DNA from: Gekko japonicus
Taxonomy: Eukaryota
DNA: 64,000 nucleotides
Direction of reading: 5' to 3'
Assembly: GCF_001447785.1 (NCBI RefSeq)
Contig: NW_015159757.1
Location: forward strand, 1-64,000
A model generated the notes under the pieces. That model did not search any database. It was not told the origin of the DNA and saw only the letters and a program-made list of their open reading frames with translations. The position numbers and the translations under genes were made by a program. Shown here in pieces: positions 24,721 through 37,705 of this stretch (position 1 is the stretch's first letter; the number at the start of each line of letters is the position of its first letter).

Positions 24721-25879
24721 TAGGGGTGTGCATATAGTACAGGTCGACCCAAATAAATACCCCAAAATACCTTATCAGCATTATCAAGTATTTATTTAGC
24801 TGAATCAGATTCTCTGATCTGATTTGGCTACCAATGACCTGAGCCTGAATAAAAGCCAATCTTATTCAGCTTTTATTTGAATACATTCTAATATACCAAA
24901 TTCATCTGCCAGCCATTTAAACCTATCAGCTGTTCAGTTTAAATGCCTGGCAGCCATTTCAGCCTGACCGAAGGATGGGTGTGTCTGTCTGCTGTCAGCC
25001 TGAAATGTCTGACAGCCATTTGAGTGGTCCTCCATTTTGCTTCCCCCTGCTTGGAAATGGGGAAAAGCCAAACTGACCACTCAAATGGCTTCCTTTCATT
25101 TCAGGCTGACAGCGGGGCGGGTGCAGCCATCTGCTGTCAGTCTTAAATGCCAAGAAGCCATTTGAGCAGTCTGTTTTGCTTCCCCCACTCTGGAGGGGGG
25201 GGGCGAAAGGGAGGACTGAAATGGCTTCCTTCCATTTAAAAGGATCAGTGCAAGCATGTCTGCCTGTCAGTTGATCCTTTTAAATGAGAGGAAGACCATG
25301 AGGGAGAAAAACTGAGGTGTTGAATATCTTCCTCCCATTTAAAAGGATCAGCTGACAGCTGACCGGCTGCATTGATCCTTTTAAATGGGAGGAAACCTTC
25401 AAACCCCTTGGTTTAACTTCAAAGCAGGGGGGGGAACTGAATATCTGCCTCCCATTTAAAAGGATCAGCTGACAGGCAAACCTGCCAAGCTGATCCTTTT
25501 AAATGGGAGGAAGCCTTCAAACCCCTCATTTTCACTGTCCCCCATTCCAGAACAAAACTGAGGGGTTGAATGGCTTCTTGCCATATAAAAGGAGCTCTGG
25601 GTTCCCTTTGAATTGCTTTGCAAAGCCACACCAGAGGCCAGTGAACTCCAAGTAGAAATGTGAGTTTTCACCGGCAGCTCGGAGTTCAGTGGTACACTGC
25701 ATGTGTCCAGACAGTCCCCATAGGGTATAATGAAGCCAAATAAATTTGACAATACCAATTGTTTCCCAAATCCCAATACAATGCCAATATTGGGATCTGG
25801 GAATATTGGTATATACCAATATTTTCCAGATTTGGTGTACCTGAACCCAAAAAAATACCAATTTTTGTGCACACCCCTA
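24721..25879. mobile_element. Non-autonomous hAT element with internal palindromic repeats
   Basis: TIR taggggtgtgca / tgcacaccccta; perfect 8-bp TSD gtttccac. Confidence 0.9.
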
Positions 25880-26224
25880 GTTTCCACCCATCCCAGCTCA
25901 GATTATGGGGGCACCTGAAGAAGGGCTTCCAAAGATGACTGTAGTGGTTGGGTAGGATAGGAGTAGGCAGTCCTTAAGGTATTCAAAACAATAATAACCT
26001 GGGGCTGGGAAACACAGGAGACTGCTATCTGAGTAATGAGGCTAGGAGATTAAATTGGATTCAAATTATTTGTATTTGCTATGAACCAATAACTAAATCT
26101 TGTAGATATGCTAATGAATTATTTTCTGTGTACTGTTACATAGCTCTATAAGTCACCTGGATCCAATAGATAACTCTCATCAACACTAAAAGTATCAAAC
26201 AGATTAAAGCCATTAAATAGATTT

Positions 26225-26314
26225 ACAGTGCAATCCTGTGGAGAGTTACTCCAGTCTAAGCCCATTCGTTTCCATTGACTAAGACTGGAGTAACTCTGTA
26301 TACAATTGCACTGT
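26225..26314. mobile_element. Short palindromic MITE
   Basis: acagtgcaat...agagttactccagtct / agactggagtaactct...attgcactgt. Confidence 0.65.
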
Positions 26315-27745
26315 TAATGACTTTGTCCTAAACCTAAAATGACAACAGTCACAAATGTGAAAAGTAATAGAACGTTTCTCTTTCCACCACCAATTTATAT
26401 AATTATGTAACTGTCTCAGACTTAGGGCTGGATTGAGCCTCAGTTCTCAGCTAAAAATCTGCACAACCTCTGGTACACCTATGGTACTTTAATTTCTATC
26501 ATAATTAACTTTTATAGTTGAAACTTTGGTTCTGTTTCCCAGGAGGCTTCACACCACTGCTATGTGCTGTGTGGCCTTCAGGGTATCACTGTACATGACT
26601 TTGCCTCACATGACTTTTGCTTTCTGGGAATGTTTATACTTTGCAGAAGTCAGAAGTCACTATCAAATTCTAAATAGATTAAGTATCTGAAAGCTAGCTG
26701 CCTGGGACTCCCTTAGTCTCTTTGTCAACCTTGACTCTCTGAGTTGACCTAGCTTAACCCATCTTTCCTTGACTTTCCTGACTCCACAGACAGAAAGAAA
26801 GGGGTTGACTTTGTTGTATACATCGAATTTTCATCACAGATTTGACTGACAGTTACAGTAGCTTCTATGGATGAAAAAGAGTAGTTAATGATTGATTTTA
26901 ATGTTGTTCCTTGTTGTTCTGATCAACTATGCTCAGTTACGGGTCTTGGCAGAACAACCAAGGATATCCTTTATAGAATTATATGTGCACTGTTTATGTA
27001 TTGGGGTTGTATTGAAATATTCTATGTTGAATATTGAAATGCTACAAAAATGTTTTCTGATTTAAAAGCATGTAATGGAATAAACTGAGTTTTGATTTAG
27101 AACTACTGTCTTTCTCTCTTTTGATGAAACTGGAAAGCCAGCTTCTCTCCCTCCCCAAAATGAACACAGTGGGAATAAGACTGCATGAAACGGTTCCTGC
27201 ACCCGTCATTTCCCCAACAGTAACTTCTCCACATTTTGTTTTCCTCCGTGGTAACCTGATGTCTCCTCTATCTGGATGAACAGTGACTACAAACTCACTA
27301 TAGTTCCAGTTTGGGATAAACCCCTTTCCACAAGTTAGCATGTATAACAATTATCACTTTTAATGAAATTACATAGTGGATACAACAAAATCTGCTCAGT
27401 TCTATCTACATGTTCATTGCTTCATTGAAAGATTGTCTGAACAACTACTCTGCTGGTTTTCCTGATTCCCTTTAACACATTTTGTTTGCTGTTTTTGTAC
27501 TATTTCACAGCATCTGTATATAACAGACCATTTTATGCCATGTTATAGTATGTATATGCAAAAACAGGCATCAGTTTTAATGACAGTAATATTATTGGAT
27601 TTTATTTGTACAACTGGGGGGGGGAAGCAACAGCAATTTCAAAACCTAGATTTTGAAATTAAAAGAGTTCATGATACTTGATAACTCTACTTGTACCCAA
27701 GATTAAACTTTGTTGTTCTTAAAGGTGTCACTGGTCTCAAACTTT

Positions 27746-27896
27746 AGCTGCGGTCACACACACTAAATAATCCACTTTCAATCCATATTCAGTGCACTTC
27801 CCAACTGGATTTTGCCAGTTCACACAGTAAAATCCAGTTGGAAAGCACATTGAAAGTGGATTAAAAATGGATTATTTAGTGTGTGTGACCACAGCC
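27746..27896. mobile_element. Foldback MITE (Harbinger-type, 3-bp TSD)
   Basis: gctgcggtcacacacactaaataatcc / ggattatttagtgtgtgtgaccacagc; flanked by ttt / ttt. Confidence 0.75.
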
Positions 27897-29384
27897 TTTG
27901 TTCTATGGTCACCAGTGACTAGGACTATGGCTGGAAGACTGAGGGCTAAGCACTGTTTCAGCAAAGCACACATATTTATAGCAAGAGCTGACTACTTTAC
28001 TTGCAATTGGCATCTGTAAAGTATATTTCAGATAAGAACAATTATCTCTGCCAAGCCTTTTTGTCAGCTTGTGCATTCCTCAGCCACTGGTTCTGAATTG
28101 AAAATAAGGTGCTACTTTGATCCAATATGCTGCTTTGTTTTTCAGCATGGAATGAAACATTTAATACCCTGGAGGTTGGTTTCCCCCCACCCTTTCCATA
28201 AAATATTGCATATTAAAATGTGTCAAAATTTGTAACCCTGAAGCAGATGTTCAGGTATGAAACAGAAAATGTTTCCTTCCACTACATATGAAGAAAGTGA
28301 TAGAACTATGGAAGCGCATACAATTAAATGTTATGCTTGTCAAAACATTTTAAGGCTAACCTTTTAAAGTATATATTGTTACTAAGTAGAATAGTTTATG
28401 CCTGTGTATTTGTGAATGTGCACATGTGCACGCACACACACGAACACACTGCCACTGTTAAGAAGAGATAGGGTTTGTTTTTCTACCGCTGACCTTAAAT
28501 AGATGATTGCATTACTTAAGAACCTTACTTTTTTCATTTCTTGCATGCATTTCCATCACTCATTTTCTTCTGCAAAAACCCCTCACTTCTAAAACACTAG
28601 GGACTAAGCAGACATCACATCAGGCATTAGCTGTTCTGTGAGATTAGGTGGAATGCACTGTGTAACCTAAATGTGCTTTGTAAACCAGGTGCTGCATTTC
28701 TTATCACTGGATACCTATTAAACAGTTTAGCTGCTACTGAAAGCGTTCCCTATAACTTACAATATCAGTCAGTGGTGATAGTAAAGAGGCATAGGAAGGT
28801 GCTTTCAGCCTTGTGATAAGAGGCACGATTCTTCCATAGATTTACACCTCTTATTTTATCATTCATAACTCAGGGAGCTAGGTATAAAACATTTCCCCAG
28901 AAGGAAGAGAAGGGATGTACTATTGCTAAAACAAATAGGACCTATTTTGGTTGACAAATAACAATTGCATTTTAAAACCCTTCTGAGAGTTTTCAAGTAG
29001 GTATTTTTCTCCTGTGCTCAGTTCACATTTTTTTCTCACTTGTCTTCATCCTGCTCCTGGTGTATTGCAGCAACCCATAATCTGACCTGCCACATTACAT
29101 TATCCACCAATCATAATTTGTGCATATTCCATTTGCTCTTTTTTTATATGCCCCAAACAACTATTTCATTCTCAGCATCCAGCTATTTTGTACAATGCAT
29201 GCTTAGCAAAGCTCTGCTTGTGAAACTTACAAATGCAATATCAGACTTTTTAAAATAAAAAAATTAGAATATTTGTGGCAACAGAAATGTAAAGATTGTC
29301 AAGTGATCTGAGGAATGCAGTCCTACGAGTACCCCAAAGGTTCTTTAATCAAATTTCACAAAACAGAAATACATTAATAGAATC

Positions 29385-29665
29385 CTAGAATCATAGAGTT
29401 GGAAGGGGCCATACAGGCCATCTAGTCCAACCCCCTGCTCAGTGCAGGATTAGCCAAGAGCATCCCTGACAAGTTTTTGTCCAACAGCTGCTAAAAGACT
29501 GCCAGTGAAGGGTAGCTCACCATCTCTCTAGACAGCTGATTCCACTGTTGCACAATTCTTATTGTAAAAAACGTTTTTCCTAATATTCAGCTGGTACCTT
29601 CCTGACCTCAATTTAAACCCATTATTGCGAGTCCTGTCCTCTGCTGTCAATATGAACAGCTCCCT
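29385..29665 (-). mobile_element. CR1 LINE 3' end
   Basis: agaatcatagagttggaaggggccatacaggccatctagtccaacccc is the reverse complement of the CR1 3' tail. Confidence 0.85.
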
Positions 29666-30526
29666 GCTATATCACATTTGTTATGTGACCTTTGAGGGAC
29701 TATAACCAGGGTGTGAACAGCGGGTGTATCTGGAGCACCATTTTGGCCATCAGCCTCATCCTAACAGTCTCTGCTCTGAAGTTTTTTAGGATTGTAAATA
29801 AATCCTACACCAGCATATCTTGAGATACACCAGTGGCAAGCCTGGCTGGGACTGCATTGACACCATTTATGGTTACCTGGGAGAGAATTGGGTGGTGACA
29901 TGTCATTACTTATTTGGATTCCAAAGCACCTCTGGCCACAGGAATGGCCCTGCTGCCAATGCAACATCAGATCACCAAATATCCTGGAAAATCGGAAAAA
30001 AACATTGCATATAGGCCCATGTAGGGGAGGAGAGTCATGTTACATGCACTTACATCAAACAGGGGTGGCTTTGGTGATAGGAACCCCACATAAAGAGCAC
30101 TAAGCACAACAAAAGGGCAATGAGAATAAACAGCCAAGGGAGAGATCAAAAATTGTTGTTGCATGTCTAACACTGTTCAGCTCAGAACCCTTACATCATG
30201 TGCTCAGCCCAGAATCCTTACATATGATCCAGCTTAGGAAAGAGACACTGAATGGGAGACCCTGCTCAGACTATGTAAATACAACTCACTGAAAACAGGC
30301 AAGCAAGAGAGGGCCCCTGCCCAACATGGGGACTGCTGCAACTGGTTTCTCTAGCTCCCCTGTACTCTATTGCCTCAAAGTACCCCATCCCACAACAGTC
30401 GCTAACAGTATTCATGAGCTCTGCTGAAAAGGATGGGGCCTGGCATATATGCTGGTACGCCACTATCATGCTGTCAGCGAGATGCCATGCTGGTGTAAAC
30501 CCTTCCTTGCAAGTGGGAGACACAGA

Positions 30527-30809
30527 GGGCGATTTCTCACTAGAGCTGCCTCACAGCACAGCGCCGTTTGCCCCAACACAAACATGTCAATTTCACACCC
30601 GAGGCTGTGGGGCTGCATTTGACTCAGGGCTTCGCCCAATTTCCTCCGCAGTTTCATGATCCTCAAAAACCAGGATCATGAAACTGCGGAGGAAATCGGG
30701 TGAAGCCCCGAGTCAAAATGCAGCCCCAGAGTTTCGGGTGTGAAATTGACATGTTTGTGTCGAGGCAAACGGCGCTGTGCTGCAAGGCAGCTCTAGTGAG
30801 AAATCGCCC
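30527..30809. mobile_element. Foldback MITE (Harbinger-type)
   Basis: The whole element is an inverted repeat (gggcgatttctcactagagctgcc...ggcagctctagtgagaaatcgccc); TSD aga / aga. Confidence 0.88.
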
Positions 30810-31653
30810 AGAGACTGCTGCTTTAATCTGAGATTACTAACAGTGACTCCGCTGTGATCTAGTTTCTGCTGGCCATGATGCCTAGTGTCATGCAGGATTA
30901 GAGTCCCTTGGAGCACCCCCAGTGGACTGCACAGAGACATTGTTCCAGGGCAACTCCCCACAATGGGCAGGTGACTGTTGTCCCAGTAGTTATGCCATAT
31001 TCCTCCATAGGAGTAGCCCACCCTGTGCAATCACCCAAGATAAGGAGGCATACAGACCCTGCTACAGCACCATGTGCAGACTTTTGGAGCCCACTTGCTC
31101 TTTGCTGTTACTGGAGAACATTACTTATTACTGTGTCTCTGAACTGTTCACAGGCAGCCATCCAACAGTGATGAAGTTAGAAGATATGTGAAATTACAGT
31201 GTTTAAAGCTGTGGAGGGAGAAAAACCTCAAGAAGAAAGTAGATAGAGTAATAATCTTTCCAAGCGCATAGTAAAGAAATATCAATGTTCAGATGATTGT
31301 GATTTGTCAGAACAATGGGTTTGGACTGCCTGTAATAATTAAAGAAAACGTGTTTAATGTAATGATTTCCTTTCATTTTATGAAACCTGTAACTGTTACT
31401 TGTGCTTGGAAAATAACAATAAATAGGGGGAAAAAATAAAAAACACCCAGGGATGAAGTTAGGAAAGACACATTTCTAGCACCAATGCTCTGCTGGGGCT
31501 ATAACGTGACCAACAGCTGCAGTGATCAGTATGCATCTAGCTGCTCTGCTTAAGGTTGCCAGCTTTCTCATTCCAGCCTCTCTATTGCAGCCTTACAAGC
31601 TGCTTAACTGATAGTTATGTTTGACCAGCATAGTTGTCTTCCTTGGCAGTGAT

Positions 31654-31854
31654 TACGGTTGCCAGCTCTGGGTTGGGAAATACCTGGAGATTTTGAGGGT
31701 GGAGCTTGAGAAGAGTGAGGTTAGGGGAGGGGAGGGACTTCAGTGGGGTAGAATGCCCTAGAGTCCATCTTCCAAAATGGCCATTTTCTCCAGGTGAACT
31801 GATCTATGTAACCTCAAGAGATCTCCAGCCACAAGCTGGAAGTTGGCAACCCTA
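31654..31854. mobile_element. hAT MITE
   Basis: TIR tacggttgcca / tggcaacccta; degenerate 8-bp TSD gcagtgat / gctgtgag. Confidence 0.7.
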
Positions 31855-32759
31855 GCTGTGAGACAGTTCTCTGTGACTCTGTAGTTTGTCAGTGCAGCTT
31901 GCAAACGCATAGAAGCCTTGCTGACAAGAGAGCTGGCAGCCCCTTTCTGAGTTCCTGAGGCTGTGCAATGAATATGTGGTGTGCTCTGCAGCTGTGTGTC
32001 TGATTTGAGCCTGACATGAGACTCAGGTCCCACACCCTATTTGGTCCATTAATTCACTGATAGATTTTTTGTAAAAAAACAAACAAAAAACAACCACCCT
32101 AAATTGTGGAATTCTTCAAAATATAACATTGAATGACTACTCCCATACACCTGGTTTTAAAAAATGTAGTTTGTTTGACATTTCTTTTTCACCTTTATGA
32201 GAATGAACAAAAAGGTCCTTCAAAATAATATCTTAAGGGTGCTCTCCAAATGTGAATCCAGTTTTACTGCAGATGGCATAGCCAGACACAAAATAAGACA
32301 TTTTAAATACCCTATCATGCATGTTAAATAACTCATAAGGACTTTTATCACTGAAATTCATAAACATTTAATATGCTGAAATTAAAATCATTGCTAAAAA
32401 GCAGACCCATGCTTGGCAGTGTGTCAGATGTGGGAGAGAGAAAAAATAAGTAGTTGTGCCATGCAGCAAGATGACAAGCTTGGAAGAGACAGCTGAACAG
32501 CTAGAGATAACATGGAATTGATTCTATAAGTGAAATGTATTATTCAGCAACATTTGCAAATTCACCATGTCTAACCATCTGGAGATTCATGCATGCAGAT
32601 GATCAAATAGAAGTCCCAATTAATGAAGACAAGATAAGATGGAAATATAAAAACTGTACAAAGAAGGAGTGCCCAGCCAGGTGAAGACTCCAAACCTCAC
32701 CCCACCCCTGGCCACTTCTGCAGGCTCCAAACCTGCCACATCACCGGGGAAGAGAGAGC

Positions 32760-33284
32760 CCCAGAACTGCTTTGGCTACAAAAAGGAGGATATATTCACA
32801 GAAATTGCCGCACAGAGTGCAAATAGGTATCAATGCAACCAGCAGCTGTAAAGAGCAACCTTCTCTATTCCCAAGAAGGAAGCAGGCTAGGGGGGGAAAG
32901 GGATTTTCATCCTCAGCTTGGGTTGTGGCAGAAGAAAAGCTGCTGTTCGTGGAAAGGGTCATGTTCACAGAGCTCTCCTCAATCTATCACAGTCTGATCT
33001 GCCCTGACCGAATTCTCCCAATTTGTCTTGATGCAACCTTTTGTGTGCACGGTCTGCAAACTACCAAAGGCCAGAGTACACATTGAATATCTCAGCTGGA
33101 AGGGATTGTGGGAACTTGTTGTGCATCAAAAGTACCCAGCAGAGTTCTTTCTAGAATGCAATTTGTTGAGGAGGTGCTATGATGTTATTGCAGCCACCTG
33201 GAGCCAGGGAGCAGCAGCTGAGCACGGGCACCATATCCTGCACTGGAGCACTCAGCTGACCCGCCTTGCATGAAAGAGGAGTGT
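32760..33284 (+). pseudogene. Gypsy (Gmr1-like) gag zinc knuckle and protease remnant
   Basis: Frameshifted CFGYKK/GYIHRNC knuckle; ICPDRILP...CVHG; PKARVHIEYLSWKGLWELVVHQKYPAEFFLECNL; AATWSQ (AVTRSQ-like). Confidence 0.65.
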
Positions 33285-35353
33285 CAAGATCGGTGCTTGT
33301 GTTGATTCTTAGCTCCCTGCATGCTCTTACAAAGTTGGAGCTGTCTGACCGGAGGAGCTTGACAGGACCACGTATGGCGAGGAATCTCCTAAGGGCATTT
33401 ATGAAGGTGGAGGTATCCATGGACTCGATTACCTTGATATGAACAGCTCTAATACTCAGGCACATGAAGAGCACAGCCCAATGCTTGTTGTTTGCCTTCC
33501 TTCCTCTTGTTTTGCATGTCACCATGCTCCAGGGTCCAAACACATCGAGACCTACATTGGTAAAGGGGGGCTCTGTACTGAGACGGTCCGGTGGTAGATC
33601 GGCCATCTTCTGCTGCTGATAGAGCCCCTTGAGCTTATGACACTGTATACATCTCCGAAGTATGGCGGCAATGTATCTCTTTGATCCAATGATCCACAGG
33701 CCTGCTTCCCTGATGGCTCCTTCTGTGAGATGCCGTCCTTGGTGCCAGATCCGTTCGTGGTAGTGTTGCACCAGCAAGAGGGTGATGTGCTGCCAAGATG
33801 GGAGGATGACTGGATTAATCATTGCCGGTACCACATCAGCTGCATTCAGGCGTCCCCCTACTCGAAGTATCGCATCATCATCGAGGAAGGGGTTCAACTT
33901 CAAGAGGGAACTGGTCTTTGGTATTGCTCTCTCCCTTTTGAGACACTCGAGCTCCTGTGAATAAGACTCGCATTGCACACTGCGTAGGATTAGCTTCTCT
34001 GCCCAACGTTGCTCATCTAGCTGGGTCATCTCAGCTTTCTGGTGATACAAATAGTGCATGATACGTGTTATTCCTTGGACAAGCGGTGTCCAACGGGAGA
34101 AGCGCTTGAAGTGTTGTACCTCTAACAGGTGACATCTTGTCTCCAATCTTGTTGCCATGCAAATGATTTGAGGCCATACCTCTGCATCTTCATCTGGGTC
34201 CAGGAGCTCGTGATGCTCTTCATGGAACAGTTTGGAACAAAGATCCATCTGGCTGGAGAAGGAGCTCAGGGCCTTTTAGCCAGGTTGACTGAGCTAGTCA
34301 AGAAGCCAGGATAGAATGCGTTGCATGGTCCACAGGATTTTGATCCATGGGGACATATCTCCACTGCCCAGGACGTGAGGACTGCCTGATACATTCCACT
34401 CTGTTGCTCACATACACGTAGAATCACCAGCTCTGATTGTGTATGTAGCCTAACACTACTTTGCTGTCCGTGTAGAAAGTTGTGGCTTCAAACTGGACTT
34501 CCATTTCTCTCTGTATTTTGTCTGCCAGCTCTACGGCTAACACAGCACCACACAGTTCCAACCTTGGAATAGTGTGTCCTTGTCATGGTGCTAGCTTAGC
34601 CTTTCCCATGACAAAGCCCACATGGACACGACTCTCCCTGCCGTTGACCCTGAGATATGCTACTGCTGCTATCGCCTTGGTCGATGCATCTGAGAAGATG
34701 TGCAATTCTCTGCAGGAGGCGGCAGCTGGCAAGATTGGAACATAGGTACGGGATAGGTGCATGCCCTGCAGACTGTCAAGGGAGTTCCTCCATGCTTCCC
34801 AGTCCTTTCTCTGGTCCGTGGAAAGAGGTTCGTCCCAGTCTTTGCTTCCCTGAGACATTGTGCGCAGTAGGTGTTTCCCTTGGATCACCGGGGCCGCGAA
34901 CCCCAAAAGATCGAACAGGCTGTTCACCATTGACAGAACACCTCGTCTGGTAAGCTGTTTTCCGGAAGCTGGCACTTGAAAGGTGAAGGTGTCCCTCTTT
35001 AGATCCCAACTTAGACCAAGGCTGCGTTCGATGATGGGGTGTCAGGAGTGTTGCCGCCCAGGTATAGGTCCCTCAGACCTTTGGCATGATCTTCTGGGTC
35101 AAATGCTGCCAACACTTGCATACTGTTGGATGCAATTTTATGCAACTTAAGGTTTTCTGTGGCCAACATCCTCTGTGTCCTTTTTAGCAAGTCTACGGCT
35201 TCCTCTTGAGTGGGTACAGACTTCAGTCCATCATCGACATAGAAGTCTCGTTCCACAAACCATCCAGCGTCCAGGCCATACCTCTCTTCTCCTGTATGAG
35301 CGGTTTGGTGCAACCCATAGTTGGCAGTCACGGGAGATGGGCCATTTCCAAAT
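33285..35353 (-). pseudogene. BEL/Pao LTR retrotransposon pol fragment (RT, RNase H, integrase)
   Basis: FGNGPSP, FYVDDGL, ELHIFSDAS, KAKLAP, RVGGRL, GLDVFGP, RAVHI, RRFLAIRG, LRSD; frameshifted; no LTRs seen. Confidence 0.93.
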
Positions 35354-35750
35354 GTGTGGGGGGTTAAGGGCTGTGTTGCTTTGAGTAAGGCAGAGAAGAA
35401 GGGAAAGGAGGAACCCCAAGCCAGCCAAAGGCAGAGTCCCATCACTGTTCCCAACACTTTGCAGACCCACCCAATCAGCAGGTGGAGGAACAGATGGAGA
35501 AGGAAGGTTGGTCACATTCCAAGGAGTAGGGGAAAGGGTGCTGCTATCCTGGAGCATCAGGATTCTTCCCTGGATTTTGCAAGACAACACAGGGGAGACT
35601 CCAGCTTGCAAGACTCCTGGAGAGAGGCAAAGGTGAACCCACCAGCACTGTCCAAAGAACTGCCCTCCCAATTTGTGGTAAGGAAGGGTTGTTGTATTGA
35701 AAGGTTGTTTCCTGTGGCACCAGCCATCCTGGCAGGCTAGATGCCAGCTA
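35354..35750 (+). pseudogene. Gypsy (Gmr1-like) pol remnant upstream of integrase
   Basis: DFARQHRGDSSLQDSWREAK...QFVVRKG followed by a frameshifted LLY, resembling the FxxxQxxDxxL...FxVxxGLLYR segment. Confidence 0.55.
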
Positions 35751-35784
35751 GTTATGCCAATAGCATACAGACAAAAAAAAAATC

Positions 35785-37090
35785 ACTTTTAAATTTATTT
35801 TTATGTTTTAATCATCCCAAACAGAAAGAAATAATAATAAAAATTAAAACCATTGTGGCAGGTCTACAGATCAGCATCTATAAAAGGTTTCCAAATATCT
35901 ATAAATATGTCCATGAGCAATTATCATCTATATACCATACATTCAAATGCTGATAAAGTTGAAAGGTCTTCAGTCTAATGGATTACTGGAGGTGGGCATT
36001 TACCTTTCCAGTACAGTAATAGAAGTTTTTTAGCAACAGTAAGGGCACAGAGGTCCAGTTTTGTAGACCATCAGTTAGTTTACAGGAGACAGGCAGACCA
36101 TTTAAAAGTACATAAGTATCCTCAAAGATCAATTAACATTCTCATACAAAATCAATAAGAGTAATTACGTCCTCCCAAAAACACTGAATAACAAGACAAG
36201 CCCAAGGCATATCTTGCAAATTACAGTGTTACCAATTAGACCCCTTACTAGTCCTTTACTAAAAATTCACTGTGGTGTCCAGCATATCCTGAACAAACTT
36301 TTTTCTGAATAAGACACAGCTTAAGGTCTGCCCTGACCGAAACAACAGGTACAAAAGACAGAGCTGTATCCCATTTCTTTGGTAGAACAGGTGATCTGGC
36401 TCCCTATTCCGTTCATTCCCAAGACTTTGCACATCATATTTACGAACTGACATCAAATATTTATAGACAGGTATTGTAGGTTTCCTTTTCTGTATTGATT
36501 CAATGAGAGTTTCTAAGAGCAAGGGAGATTCTGAAACAGATGTTGCAGCTGTAAATATTACCATTCAGCAGAGGTTGACAAATATATCTAGCCCTCAGCT
36601 GCGAAAAGAACAAAAACTTGTTGTCATAGTCTATTCATTAGTCCAAAGTAAGAATTCCCCCATCTGTCCAAACCTTCCATAAAAATAGATTTCTTCCCCG
36701 TTTTTAAATCTGGATTGGCCCATAGTACTAATTTAGCATGTGACATTGTGCACCATAACTCTCTAACTGCAGAAAATGCCAGAGGAACAAGACCTATTTT
36801 AGCATGAATAAACCCTAATACATTCCATTTAAATAGGGATGCCAGATAAGAAGCCTCCAAAATAGCCCAAGACGGATAGTCTGAGAGGAGAAAGCCCAGC
36901 AATTAGTACAAGTTAACCGGAGCACAATGGAAGACAGGAGGGTCTGGCGTGATGTGGTCCATGGGGTCGCGAAGAGTCAGACTCGACTGTGCAACTGAAC
37001 AACAACAAAAAACAGAAATGTGCCATGATATAAACTAAGATCAGGAAAACCAATTCCTCCTTCATTAAATAGGAGTTGCATCCTCTTTAA
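35785..37090 (-). mobile_element. L1 ORF2 C-terminal fragment
   Basis: Minus strand WACLVIQCFWEDVITLID and ALTVAKKLLLLYWK; tttatt near 35793. Confidence 0.75.
36917..37012 (+). mobile_element. RTE-BovB-type 3' end inserted in L1
   Basis: ggtccatggggtcgcgaagagtcagactcgactgtgcaactgaacaacaac. Confidence 0.85.
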
Positions 37091-37527
37091 AGTAATCCAA
37101 GTCTATGAGTGGGCATTTGGTGGTTCAAAAAACTAAGGACTTAAAACGCAGCAGCTGGTTATACATATAATAAATCCCCTAAAGTAGCTTGGTGTTTTGA
37201 GTTGCTCCGTAGCAGAAAATGCAGGGGGCCATTCTAAAAAGGGAATGCCAAAGTAACACTACAACTTAGCCTCATATATTTTGTTTTCTTTGTTTTGTAA
37301 TGCCTTGTAGTGTTTTAATGTAATTTTCCACTGTCCTTGTGCTCTTGTGGCTTGAGATTGTATTTTGATAAATAAGTATCTTTTCCTTTTAATGATCTCT
37401 GGCTGTGATCAAACAATTGCATAGACAAGAAACTCCTGACTGGGCTACAAACAGCTGGCTAGGAAGAAGGGTGTCTTTGAGGTAGTACACATGGAAGAAT
37501 GCACAGAGCCCATATCTGTCCCTCAAG

Positions 37528-37705
37528 CAGGCCTGTAGCTACAGTGAGGCATCTTGGGGCCTGGCCCCCTGACTTCCTGCCAAGGCCCCTGACTTCCCAT
37601 CCACCAAGGTGCTCCCTTGGGGGGGAGTGCAGCAGGGGTGTGTGTGGGGTGCCCCCTGACTTATTTAAAGGCCCCCGAAATAAAAATATCCTGGCTACGG
37701 GCCTG
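37528..37705. mobile_element. hAT MITE
   Basis: TIR caggcctgtagc / gctacgggcctg; perfect TSD ccctcaag. Confidence 0.88.

Noticed and set aside
25230-25520. Regularly spaced palindromic repeats resembling a CRISPR array
   Set aside because: Eukaryotic context, inside a hAT element, spacers not unique and no cas genes.
29700-31150. Possible Harbinger Myb/SANT and transposase N-terminal remnants flanking the foldback MITE
   Set aside because: Similarity too faint to support by eye.
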